Shown one piece after another: positions 37,468 to 47,851 of a DNA stretch of 64,000 nucleotides. A program made the position numbers and the translations under genes. The notes below the pieces were generated by a model. It did no database searches. It had not been told where the DNA came from and saw only the letters and a list, made by a program, of their open reading frames with translations. Each line of letters begins with the position of its first letter. Positions within the stretch are counted from its first letter, which is position 1. Origin of the DNA: Phycisphaerae bacterium (GTDB lineage: Bacteria; Planctomycetota; Phycisphaerae; UBA1845; Fen-1342); the NCBI GenBank assembly GCA_963675745.2, contig CAXXWX010000026.1:576001-640000 (forward strand), read 5' to 3'.

Positions 37468-39327
37468 CTACGGCACGCGAAAATCCAGATCACGCAACGC
37501 CCCACCCTGGGTCTCGATCGACACGATACGCGTCCCCGACGGCACCTGGAACAGCAGTCCCACTACCGCGTCCGCACTCGAACTCGTCAACTCCGGCCCG
37601 CGAATCTCCTTCCAATCGAGAGCGCCACGAAACGCCGTGTATTCCGGCGTGCCCGGCAGCCCGGAGTAATAGAGCTCGATGAACTCCTCGCCGGAACGCT
37701 TCACGATCCCGTAATAGCCGATCAGCCGATATCGCTGGCTGTTATTCTCGGCCACGGCCTCATAGCTGTTCAAGGTGCGGCCGGCGAAGTTGAATACCTG
37801 GCCGAGCGTTGATCGCGCCTGATAGGGCTTGAAACGGATTTGCAGCAGCTTGAGATCGTCCGGGACTTCGAAGGAATCGATGGAAGCGGTGCCGGCGGCG
37901 GCCCGCAGGTCGGACACGCGGCCGCTGATGCGCCCATAGGCCAGGCTGCGTCCACTTGTGTCAAAGTCGCCGCGCGCGGCCGCCTGCGCCACGTGAAACG
38001 GCAGCTCGTCCGAGACGCCGGTGCCTTCCTCCTGCGCATGGTCCATGAACGAAGACGCGCCCTGCCTGTGCCCGCGGGTGAAATCGGGGCGTGGGCCACC
38101 GCCGCCGGGCGGGCGCGGTCGCGCCGGAGCGGCGGTATCTTCGGTGGCGTCCGCGGCGATCTCGGCGGGCGTCTCGGCCTTCTTGGAGGCGGTCAATTCG
38201 GCCCGTGCATGACGACGATACTCAATGAACCACGGCTTGAAGCCGTTGGGCACCTCAAAATACACGGTCAGCTTGCTGTTTGAGCTTTTCAAAAAGCTGT
38301 TATCAAGGTCCACGGCGCGGAGCGGGCTCGTGAGGTTTTCGCTCTCGATCTGGCCAAGTATGCGTGGTGTGTAGTGGGCCGGATCGCCGTTGGCCTTGGT
38401 GCCGACCAGCCGGATCATCGATGGGCGGAAACGGTGGTCCGCGGCGCGTTCTTCCATCCGATCAGCCGACTTGTTGTTCAAGCCCAACTCGGCCCCAAGC
38501 CAGTTCATGCCCGCGGATGGCGGAAACGCCTTTTCCGGGTCATAGCCCAGCCGCGCGTGTGTCTCAAAGGTCGGCACCGTCGTTCGATACTGCGCACGCA
38601 GCGGACCGCTGACCTCCCACCAGCTCTCAATAACCAGCCCGCTTTCGAAACCATCACCGCTCTCATCTCGGTAAGGTGATGTTGTTGACTCGGGCTGCAC
38701 CGTGTTTCCCGACCAGGAGACCCACTCCGTGAAATCAGGGTAAACACTGGCAAATGTGCGGTCCGGATGCGCCTCATCGGCGACATTGCCGCCTTTCAAA
38801 CTGCCGGCGCTGAGAATCTTGAACAACCCTGCGGCGAAGTCGTCCGGCCTCAGGAAGAAACCCACGTTGTTGCGGTGGAACTGGACGAATCCCTCGCGAT
38901 CCACTTTGCCACGGCTATCGCGCTCAAAGCGTGAGAACATCATGACGCTGCCGCCAAACGGCAGCATCTGAAAGCCGATCATCAGCACGCCGACGGCGAT
39001 CTGCGCGTTGATGAAGCCCAGCAGGCCCCCGCCGACCCAATCCGCATACATTGGCAGGCGCACGTTCCCGCGGATAAACGTGTCGGCCGCGTAACGCATC
39101 ACACCCAGCGAAACGACAAAGAGCCCGACAAAACAACACGGCTCCGAGTACGCCGGGTGGATCCCCTGGCCGGTCACAAAGTCGTTAAGTACCGCGAAGA
39201 AGCCAAACGTGACCGCCACAGCCATGATGCTGCAGAACGTGTTGATGATAGCGCTGAACAAGCCGAACATCGACTGGTAGAACGTAATCGCCAGTACGAG
39301 GCACAGCGCTAGAATGCTCAAGACCAT
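37468..39327 (-). CDS. CvpA-like membrane protein with a long soluble C-terminal extension
   Basis: Four N-terminal TM segments with GLFSAII and DWVGGGLLGFI (CvpA pattern), then about 480 aa soluble region. Confidence 0.65.
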   Translation of the reverse strand: MVLSILALCLVLAITFYQSMFGLFSAIINTFCSIMAVAVTFGFFAVLNDFVTGQGIHPAYSEPCCFVGLFVVSLGVMRYAADTFIRGNVRLPMYADWVGGGLLGFINAQIAVGVLMIGFQMLPFGGSVMMFSRFERDSRGKVDREGFVQFHRNNVGFFLRPDDFAAGLFKILSAGSLKGGNVADEAHPDRTFASVYPDFTEWVSWSGNTVQPESTTSPYRDESGDGFESGLVIESWWEVSGPLRAQYRTTVPTFETHARLGYDPEKAFPPSAGMNWLGAELGLNNKSADRMEERAADHRFRPSMIRLVGTKANGDPAHYTPRILGQIESENLTSPLRAVDLDNSFLKSSNSKLTVYFEVPNGFKPWFIEYRRHARAELTASKKAETPAEIAADATEDTAAPARPRPPGGGGPRPDFTRGHRQGASSFMDHAQEEGTGVSDELPFHVAQAAARGDFDTSGRSLAYGRISGRVSDLRAAAGTASIDSFEVPDDLKLLQIRFKPYQARSTLGQVFNFAGRTLNSYEAVAENNSQRYRLIGYYGIVKRSGEEFIELYYSGLPGTPEYTAFRGALDWKEIRGPELTSSSADAVVGLLFQVPSGTRIVSIETQGGALRDLDFRVP

Positions 39328-39354
39328 GATTACTACCTCGCGACACGCGACGGA

Positions 39355-41088
39355 TCAGGGGCCGGCGGGTGATTGCTTTGGCTTCGGCTTCGGCTTCGGC
39401 GTTGGCTTTGGCCTGTCCTTGGCGCCGGACTTATCGCCGCTGGTGCCACTCTTCTGCCCCCCACGCAATACACGTGTGACTTCCTGAATACTGGTGGTCC
39501 CGTCCCGCACCTTCTGCATCGCGTGCTTTTGGAAACCCAGCCCGCCGCGCTTGACGGCATACGCCTGGATCTCGCTGATGGACTGGGCCTTGCCGATCAC
39601 CTTGCGCAACTCATCATCGACGATCAGCACATCGAATACGGCGGTCCGCCCCACATAGCCGGTACCCTGGCAATGCTGGCATATAAGCGGATTGCCCTTC
39701 TTGTCGTACTCCGGCTCCGGCTCTCGATAAAAGACGGCGTCGGCCGGCAGGTTGAGCTTCTTCAGCACGGCCGGGTCAGGTTTGTAGGGCTGCTTGCACG
39801 AGGGACACAGCTTGCGGATCAAGCGCTGATTGGTGATGGCCAGCAGGCACTTGGCCACCTTGTCGTTCTTGCCGACCTGCTCCATCCACTTGCGCAGCGC
39901 GCTGAATACGTCGCTGGCATTGATCGCGCAATAGACGAGCTGCTTCTGCACGGCACCCTCGGTGGCGATAACCGAGGCGGCCTGCTCACGCATCTCCGGG
40001 AGGATCACGATGTCCGGGTCGGTGCGGAACAGCTTCTGCAAATCGCCGGCGAAGGTCTTGTCGCCCACGGCCTTGTGCAGCGTCTGCGTCACGTTGTCGA
40101 TCATCAACTCGTGCTGATACTCGAGAAGCTGAATATTACAGAGGAAGGCGTCGTGACTACGCGTGAAGCTGTATACGGTGGTGGTGAGCCCCGCGCCGGG
40201 GGGCGCGCTCAGCAGCACCAGGCCCCGCGTCGACTCCATCATGGTCCGGATCTGCTCGAGCTGCGCCTTCGTGAAGCCGATGTCCTTGACCTTGTAGCGC
40301 GTCTCTTCGCCGATCACACGAAGCGTGAGCTTCTCACCCGCTACCGATCCGTCGGTGCGCACCTCGATGTCCAGCTTGTTGTCGCCGATTTCGGCCGCAA
40401 TCTTCCCGAACTGCGGCTTGCGCAACTCTTCGAGGTTTAGTCCGGCGATCGTCTTCAGGTAGTGAACGACAGCGTCGGCCTCGGGGCGCGGGAAGCCCTC
40501 GCGGTCGCTTCTGATGCCATCGACCTGATACGTGACCTTCGAAATCTCCTTGCCGGGCGCCACTTCAATCCGTTCGGCGCGATTCCAGAGAGCCGCCCAG
40601 AGCAGATCCTGTGTCAACCGGTAGCGTTCGCGCTCTTCTTCTTCGCCTGGAATCTCGCAGCGCTTACCGTCAGCCCCGCGCAGCCGTACACGCTCCTTGA
40701 CCTCCTTGGGCTTCTTCTTGCCGCGTAAGCCCTGGGTGAGCACGCGTTTGATGTGAGCCGGCGTGAGGATCTTGTCTTCGTTGTGTACCAGACCGTTGCG
40801 GTGCACGACGTAGAAGGCAGCCAGCGTGATCAGCGCAACCGCGAAAATCGAGAACCCGGCCGCGAACACCGGCACGAACAGCATTACCACGGTCAGCGCC
40901 ACACCTGTGGCGGTGACGATGATGTTCCAGAAGACACGATAGGTGTTTACAGCGATCGTGTCCTTATCCACCCATTGGGCCAACAGCGCCCAGCATGCGA
41001 AGCCCACAATCACGGCGACGAGCTTCCACGGGCTGATGAACACGTAGCCGTTGAGGGCCAGAAGGTCCATATACGCCGCGAGTATCAT
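39355..41088 (-). CDS. Membrane-anchored GspE/PilB-like protein with degenerate ATPase motifs
   Basis: About 3 N-terminal TM helices; RKPQFG; APPGAGLTT in place of Walker A; DPDIVILPE; QRLIRKLCPSC...CQHCQGTGYVGRTAVFDVL. Confidence 0.85.
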   Translation of the reverse strand: MILAAYMDLLALNGYVFISPWKLVAVIVGFACWALLAQWVDKDTIAVNTYRVFWNIIVTATGVALTVVMLFVPVFAAGFSIFAVALITLAAFYVVHRNGLVHNEDKILTPAHIKRVLTQGLRGKKKPKEVKERVRLRGADGKRCEIPGEEEERERYRLTQDLLWAALWNRAERIEVAPGKEISKVTYQVDGIRSDREGFPRPEADAVVHYLKTIAGLNLEELRKPQFGKIAAEIGDNKLDIEVRTDGSVAGEKLTLRVIGEETRYKVKDIGFTKAQLEQIRTMMESTRGLVLLSAPPGAGLTTTVYSFTRSHDAFLCNIQLLEYQHELMIDNVTQTLHKAVGDKTFAGDLQKLFRTDPDIVILPEMREQAASVIATEGAVQKQLVYCAINASDVFSALRKWMEQVGKNDKVAKCLLAITNQRLIRKLCPSCKQPYKPDPAVLKKLNLPADAVFYREPEPEYDKKGNPLICQHCQGTGYVGRTAVFDVLIVDDELRKVIGKAQSISEIQAYAVKRGGLGFQKHAMQKVRDGTTSIQEVTRVLRGGQKSGTSGDKSGAKDRPKPTPKPKPKPKQSPAGP

Positions 41089-41127
41089 GGCACCTCCGCG
41101 TGAATCGTGCCTGTGCGGGCCATCGAG

Positions 41128-42282
41128 TTAACCGAGAATGCCGGCCGACGCCGAGCGAATGCCCTTCAGCGCCATGCGCAGCTCGTCGGGGTTCGGAGCC
41201 ATTTCATACGCCGTCGGGTGATCGATATATCCGGTTTCCACCAGCCGGCGCAGGTGCTCGGTGAAATCGACCATGCCATCGTCATAGCAGGCCCGGATCA
41301 CGTCAATGATCTCGTTGTCACGTTCCTCGCGGATCAGCTTGCGGATCGAGGCGTTGGTGATCATGATCTCGACGGCCGGGACCAGTGGCACGCCTTCCAT
41401 AATGCTGGGGACGAGCTTCTGGCAGATGATCGACTTGAGGTTGAACTCCAGCGCCTGACGAACCTGTCGTCTCTCCGCCTCCGGGAACAGATCCAGCAAG
41501 CGCGTGATTGTCTGCGCCGAACTCGAGGCGTGAATCGTGCCCAGGCACAGGTGGCCCGTCTCGGCGGCGTGAATCGCGGCGCTGAACGTCTCCACATCGC
41601 GCATCTCGCCGATCAGCACGATATCCGGGTCCTCGCGCATCAGGTACTTCAGCGAGGCATGGAAGTCGAGCACGTCAATCCCGATTTCGCGCTGGTTGAT
41701 CAAGGCCTTCTTGTCCGTGAACAGGTACTCGATCGGATCCTCGACCGTGACAATGTGCACCGGATAGCGCTCGTTGATGTAGTCGATCATCGCGGCGATC
41801 GTCGTGCTCTTGCCCGAGCCGGTGATGCCGGCCAGCAACACCATGCCCTGGTTGAACTCCGCGATTCCGGCCATCGTGGCCGGCAAGTGCAACTGCTCGA
41901 AACTGAGGATGGTCCGGCTGACGCGCCGCGCCGCCACCGACATCTGCCCGCGCTGCTGGAACGCGTTGACCCTGAACCGGTCGGCGTCACCGGGCGGTCC
42001 GACGTCGTAGGCGAAGTCAACCGCCCCGTTGACTTTGTAATACTCTTTCTGGGCATCGCTCAGCAGCTCAAAAATCCCGTCCCGAATCTCCTCGCCGCTC
42101 AGCACCCCCCCGGTCAGCGCCTTCAGATCCCCCTTGCGACGCACCGTCGGGGGCTTGCCGGCCTTCAGGTGCAGGTCCGATACCTTGAGCTTGATCGTGG
42201 CCTTGAAAAACTTATTGAGCTTCGGTTCCGTCTTGGACGTCGAAACATGGACGTCAATTGGTTGATCACGCTCTTCTGACAT
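41128..42282 (-). CDS. pilT: PilT/PilU family type IV pilus retraction ATPase
   Basis: SDLHLKAG, GITGSGKSTT, EDPIEY, DPDIVLIGEMRD, TGHL..GTIH, SIRKLIRE. Confidence 0.9.
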   Translation of the reverse strand: MSEERDQPIDVHVSTSKTEPKLNKFFKATIKLKVSDLHLKAGKPPTVRRKGDLKALTGGVLSGEEIRDGIFELLSDAQKEYYKVNGAVDFAYDVGPPGDADRFRVNAFQQRGQMSVAARRVSRTILSFEQLHLPATMAGIAEFNQGMVLLAGITGSGKSTTIAAMIDYINERYPVHIVTVEDPIEYLFTDKKALINQREIGIDVLDFHASLKYLMREDPDIVLIGEMRDVETFSAAIHAAETGHLCLGTIHASSSAQTITRLLDLFPEAERRQVRQALEFNLKSIICQKLVPSIMEGVPLVPAVEIMITNASIRKLIREERDNEIIDVIRACYDDGMVDFTEHLRRLVETGYIDHPTAYEMAPNPDELRMALKGIRSASAGILG

Positions 42283-42579
42283 TCGGATGCCCTTACAAAC
42301 TCAAACTCCGCAGCATCACCGACCGGCGGTTCCACACACGCCGTAGACGCTGAGCCGCATAATATACCAGACGAATCGGCGACCATCCACCGCGGCCGCT
42401 CGAACCGCCACGCGACATCTTGGTCAGGATGATTCCCCCCCTCCGCCCTCAGGCGCCCGGCAGTCTGACGCGGGAGCCTGGTCGGGCGGTTGCGAGCACA
42501 TCCGGGCCCGCAACCGCCCGGGCGGAACCGGCCTGCGGCCGGTCGCTATTGCGGCGTCATCGACCCACCGAATCAGCCG

Positions 42580-44962
42580 CTACCCGGTCAGCAACGCGAC
42601 AAACGCATCAATGTCCGCATTGTTGATCAGGCTGTCGCCGTTGCAATCGGCCAGAGCGCGGTTGCAATCAGGGTAGGTCGCATCATACGTTGATGGATCC
42701 GTCAGCGCCATCACAAACGGGTCGATATCGGCGTTGTTGAGCAGGCCGTCGCAGTTCAGGTCGCCAAGCTGCCCTTCGCACGCATCGATTATGCCGTTGC
42801 CGTTCACGTCAAGGCCCGGATCGGCTGCGATGTCGCACTCATCGGGAATATCGTTGCCGTTGCAGTCGATCGACTCCCCGCATCCGGCCACGAAGCACCC
42901 GGGCGCGCCGCAATCCAGGTCGCACTCATCCGGTATGCCATTGTTGTTGCAGTCTTCCCCGTAGCCGAGCACGGCGATGTATGTGCCCCAGATGTTCGTG
43001 CCGTGGCCGTATTCCTGAATCGTCCAGAACGTGTTCATGTCGACCGGGTCAAGCGTCGTATAGCTGTAATCACCCCAGCGGTTGCGGCCGTAGCCATCGA
43101 TGTTGTTCTGCGGCCCGGTGCCGGCCTTGTACATCACCGGATCGGCCATCTCGCCCGCCAGATCGCTGGACAAACGTCCGGTGTAATAGCAGGCGGCATA
43201 CTGGCCAGAGTTTGAGCCGGTGAAGCCCATGACGACGTTGCCGTGCTGGTTAACCATGATCGACGGGAAGAAGTAGTACAGCGAGGCATCAGCAACCGTC
43301 CCCGACTGCGCGATCGTCTGCGTCGCGACATCGATCTCGTACCAGCGGCACGCGGCCCGGCCGCTGTAGCTGACCGTGTGGGCCGTCCACAGCGAACCAT
43401 CGCGATAGACCGACATCATCAGCCGTTCGTCGACGGTATTCAGCGGCGTGGAACTGCCTAGAGCCGGCGCGTTGGGCGGCGAGCTGATTGTCGCAACCGT
43501 AACTGTCCCGAGCTCATTCAAGGTCGGGGAGGTCAACGGCCCGGTCAGGTAGCGTAACCGCAGTTTGTTGCTGCTGTAGGCGTCGAGCGAGACGAAGTAC
43601 TCGCCGCCGGGCGTGCCATAGGTGTGAGCGGGCTGGATGGCGCCCTCCCAGGGGAGCCCGCGAAACGCCGTGATCGTTCCGAGACTCGGGCTGGCGGCGA
43701 CGAGCGGTGCCTTGTCAATCGCGAAGATCGTCATGCCGCCGCCGACCATGTACGACGCTGTGTAGATTCCGTTGGCATCCACGCCCAGCGTGGGATAGTC
43801 GGGCCAGTTGCCGACGTCCGAGCCCTGCGCGGTGACAAAGCTGGTCTTGAACCACCCGCCGGTGGGGTCGTCGGTCAGGGACACCGCCAGGAAATCGGTG
43901 GCCGTCGCCGAGAAGTCGGTGACGAGCACAATCCAGCGTTGGCTGTGGTGATCGAACAAGACGCGTGGATCGCCGTTCGAGCCCGGCAGAAAGGCACCCA
44001 GCAGAATATTGGTGATTTCCGCCCCGGTTACCTTGTCATATACGGCGAAGTTGCGGTTGACCGTCTCGACATAGTGATTCGGGCCGATCGCGCCGTCGGT
44101 GTCGGGCGGATAGCTCATGGAGCCCGCGTCGCCGCGAATCACGCCCTGAAATGACTGGCTCAACTCCGGGGCGGTGCCGAGCCCGCGCGAGGCAGTCTGC
44201 ACGTCACCGATATCGAGCGGCTCGGGCACCGGGCCACCCGGGCGGGATACAGGCGCCGGCACACCGTCGCTTTCGAGGAAATCGCCTGTACCGGTCTCCC
44301 AGGTCAGGCCGGCGTACTCGGTGCCGCTGAGCTGGGTCTTGTAGTTGAGGTCGTCAAAGGTCACGACGACGCTCTCGGCCTCTTCGTCGCCGCTGACGAC
44401 ATAGGTCAGATCGTCCATCGCATACCACCCACCGCCGCCGACAACCGGGATCGATTCGATCGCGATGCGATCAACGGCGGGGAGATCCATGGCGAAACCA
44501 GCGGGGTTTCTCACCGATGTCGGTGAACCACTCGGTTTGGGCCACGACTTGCCCGGCGCGATAGCCGGTGGCGCGCACCGCGGATGTCCAGACACCCTCA
44601 CCGCCCTGTCCCGCGAAGAAGGCGCCGCGCACATCGACGGGCGTGGGAAACCCGATGCCCATGTCCGTGTCGCCCCACTTGTTGACGACATAGTGCGTGC
44701 CCGAGTGGGCGGCCGTCGAAGCTCCGCGCGTCGGCACGACCCAGACGCCGTGACGTCCCATGCGGGCCTTGCCCTCCACCGGCGGCGGCGCCAGCCGGTC
44801 GCGGTCGATCGCGGCCTGGAGCGACTCGATGTACGAATCGCCGTACGTCGCCGGATCGAGCTTCTCACCTTCATGAACGACATCGGCCTGTAAGACCGCG
44901 ACGCCACCCCACGCCAGGACCGACAGGGCCATAACTACCACGGCAGATCGACTCGCGCGCAT
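42580..44962 (-). CDS. Secreted protein (PPDT-GAIGPNH...RWGDY domain, DCN repeats, dockerin-like tail); one frameshift at about 44495
   Basis: Joining ORFs 44471-44995 and 42580-44907 by removing one T restores PRWFAMDL, collinear with PRWFQMDL in paralog 47852. Confidence 0.85.
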
Positions 44963-45006
44963 CTTTTCCCTCGCATTCTTATCGGAAGCGAACAAAAGCA
45001 GGTATC

Positions 45007-45172
45007 GGGGAACAGGGAACGGGGCGTGCGGAACAGCATGTCACGGTCGTTCACCTCCTCACCGTCGGCAAGACTCCATACTAGTCGGCACGCATACCAG
45101 AAACAACCGCGATCTGGCTGCCCGACAGCGCCGAGTCTGTTCCCCGTTCCCCGTTCCCCGTTCCCTGTTCCC
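45007..45172. repeat. Inverted pair of GGGAAC(A/G) heptamer arrays in a divergent promoter region
   Basis: ggggaacagggaacggg at the left; ctgttccccgttccccgttccccgttccctgttccc at 45137-45172. Confidence 0.75.
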
Positions 45173-45216
45173 TTTTTCCCTATTCCTCCCGATTTTCTGT
45201 AAGCGATTGACGCCCT

Positions 45217-45834
45217 GTGACTCTAACCTATGCGCTCATGACAGGAGCATCACGGACACAGTCGGCCCTGGAGCCAGCCGCATCGGTTGGCGCGACCATG
45301 CCCGGAGGCGTGGCGCAGCCACCCACCGTCTCGGCGGATTTTGTCAGCCTGGTGGCCGAACACCGTGAGCGTATTGCCGGCCTGGTATACCGCCTGCTCG
45401 GCTGGTCGGAGGACGTTGAGGATGTTGTGCAAGAGGTCTTCGTTGCGGCCCTTGGAGCACTTCCCCGCTTCCGCGGTGAGTGTCGCATGGAGACGTGGTT
45501 GTTTCGCATTGCGGTCAATCAATGTCGCCGGCATCAGCGCCGGCGTTTGTGGTGGTGGCAATGGTGGCGCCGGGAGGCTGAGCGCGAGACACATGAGCGA
45601 ACCGGCCGGCCGCGTGACGCGCTGCTCGATGCGGAGACGTTTGACCAGGTGCGGCGTGCCGTTCGGCTCCTGCCGGCGCGTTATCGCGAAGTTGTCGTTT
45701 TGCGGTACTTCGAGTCGCTGCCGAGCGCCGAGATCGGCGCGATTCTCGGGCAGTCGCCCAATGCCGTCGAGGTCCGGCTCAGCCGGGCGCGCCAGCATCT
45801 GCGCGCGTCCCTGGCCGGCCTGCTGGAGCGTTGA
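45217..45834 (+). CDS. ECF RNA polymerase sigma factor
   Basis: DVEDVVQEVF...FRGECRMETWLFRIAVN (region 2); LPARYREVVVLRYFE.L...EIG.ILG.....V.VRLSRAR (region 4). Start may be 45238. Confidence 0.92.
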   Translation: MTLTYALMTGASRTQSALEPAASVGATMPGGVAQPPTVSADFVSLVAEHRERIAGLVYRLLGWSEDVEDVVQEVFVAALGALPRFRGECRMETWLFRIAVNQCRRHQRRRLWWWQWWRREAERETHERTGRPRDALLDAETFDQVRRAVRLLPARYREVVVLRYFESLPSAEIGAILGQSPNAVEVRLSRARQHLRASLAGLLER

Positions 45835-45837
45835 ATC

Positions 45838-46442
45838 ATGACTACCGACCCGCTCGAAACACTGCTGCTCAGCGCGGATGCCAGCGCCGGCGCGCCGGCG
45901 CCCGTGCGAGACGATCTCGCGGCCCGGGTTGTGCGCGTGGTTCGATGGCGCCCGGCGGCGTAACCGCGTGACCATCGTCGCCGCATCCGCGGCCGTGCTC
46001 CTGGCGGCGGGCCTGTCGTGGTTGGCGTTTCCGCAAGGCGACGAATCGGCGCGCGAAGGGCGGCCGATAGCCGCGAATGCCCCCGACGGCATGACAAATG
46101 AAGGGCTGCGCGCGGAGCTGGCGGCATTGCAGGCCGGGGCGCGCGATCATCTGGCCGTGGCCCGACGGACCGCCGCGCTGCTGGATCGTGGGGCCAGGTT
46201 GGCGGCAATCAAGGGCCCGCGCGCAGGGGACTGACCCACTGGTGGACACCCGACGGGGGCTCGACGCGGCGGCGGCGGTGTTGGTCTGTCAGGCCGATCG
46301 CCTGGAGCACGAATTCAACGAGCCGGCCGACGCGGCCCGGAGTTACCGCGAGGCCATTCGCCTGTTTCCACAAACACCTTGGGCCATGGTCGCGCGCGAG
46401 CGACTCGCGGCCATGATCAACACGGAAGGAGAGATCCTATGA
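45838..46442 (+). CDS. Putative anti-sigma-like single-TM protein with TPR-like end; two apparent frameshifts (about 45951 and 46213)
   Basis: MTTDPLETLL...RRRRNRV-TM helix...AARSYREAIRLFPQTPWA; reconstructed across three frames; ATGA overlap with the next gene. Confidence 0.6.
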
Positions 46443-47786
46443 CCACATCACGTTCCGCCTTGTCGATCGCCGTTACGGTCCTCGTGGCGTTGTGCGCTAC
46501 GGGAGCGGCTTCGGGCGGCCAGGCCAGTTGTCTGTTGCGCATCACCTACGAGCCCGATGATCTGCCGCTCAATTACGCGACCGTAGAGGCCCTGCTGGGT
46601 AGCAATGGCGTGCTTGGACAGCTCGCGCGTAGCGAAGAGTCCATCATGGACGTCGTGCGCGAGGACTACGGCTCGCTCGACGCCGTCGTCACGGTGTCTT
46701 TCGTTCCGGCCCGACAACTCGCCGGCGCGGCGGCACCGCCATCACCGGGAGGTTTCGGTCCAGGTGGCGCAGCGATGGGCGGCGGCGGGCCGCGCGGCGC
46801 GCGCCCCCAGCTCCGGCACGGCGTTATACGTCCCCGCGCCAACACAGATGCCCGACAACCCGCTCTTCGGACAGCTTGTCATTGACATTGTGGAAGTTGT
46901 CCCTGAATCGGACAGTGTCGCGGCCCGCATGCTCCCCGAGCTATGTGAGCGGCTGCGCGCGGTGCTTGTCGAGACAAGCAAGGCCGACGAGCAGCGCTTG
47001 CGCGCGCAACTTGAGCGTATGCGCGGGGAACACGATCTGGCCCTCAAACGTCTGGCCGAACTGCACGCCTTGCAAAACGAGCTCGCCGACGAAACCAGTG
47101 AGTTCCCACTCGACCGCGATGCAATCCTCGACCACCTGCGCATCTGGCACGAGGAGGAACGCAAGCTCGAGATGAACCTGGCCGCGCTCCGCGCCCGCCA
47201 GGCGGCGCTCTCGCAGGAGATCGCGACGATTGGCGAGTCGGTGGAGACTCGTCTCGCCCAGGATCCGGTTATCGCCGAGCTAACCCGCGTCGTGGAGCTG
47301 CGCAACGAGGCGCTCAAGCGCGCCCAGATGCTGGTCGAACGCGGGGCGGCCAACCAGGAGGAGCTGCACGAGGTTCAGGAGCAGCTTGCCTTTGCACGGG
47401 CCGAGGCGGCGGAACGCCGCATGGCCGCGGCCGACTCCGCGGGCGGCGGGATCGTCAGCGCCCTTAATGGTGATCTGCGGCGTTTGGATGTCGACCTGGC
47501 CGAAACCGAGTCAAGGCTGCACTCGATCCAACAGAGGCTGGCCGACGTCCGCGAGCGCGACCTGCTCGGGCGCGCCGACCGCCTCGAACGTGATGTGCGT
47601 TTGCACTTGCCGATGACGCGTGAAGCCGTCGAGATGGCCACGCACGAAATCATGGCGCTCGAACGCCGACTGCGCGCCTTCGAGCCGCCGGTGATTACCG
47701 TGCTGGGCGCCGGAGCTGAGCCTGAGGGTGGTACGCCGCTAATCCCCGCCAGCCACATTGTCAGAGCAGAAACAATCCAACCGTAG
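46439..47786 (+). CDS. Exported coiled-coil protein; one apparent frameshift at about 46790-46808
   Basis: Signal peptide in ORF 46379, long heptad coiled coil in ORF 46605. Confidence 0.6.
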
Positions 47787-47812
47787 CAGCCGGCCTCCGT
47801 GCCTGACGCTAC
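47783..47812. repeat. GTAG-type REP-like remnant
   Basis: gtagcagccggcctccgtgcctgacgctac with inverted GTAGC/GCTAC ends. Confidence 0.4.
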
Positions 47813-47851
47813 GGTTGGATTGCGTATACACAGAACTCGCTTGTCGCAGTG

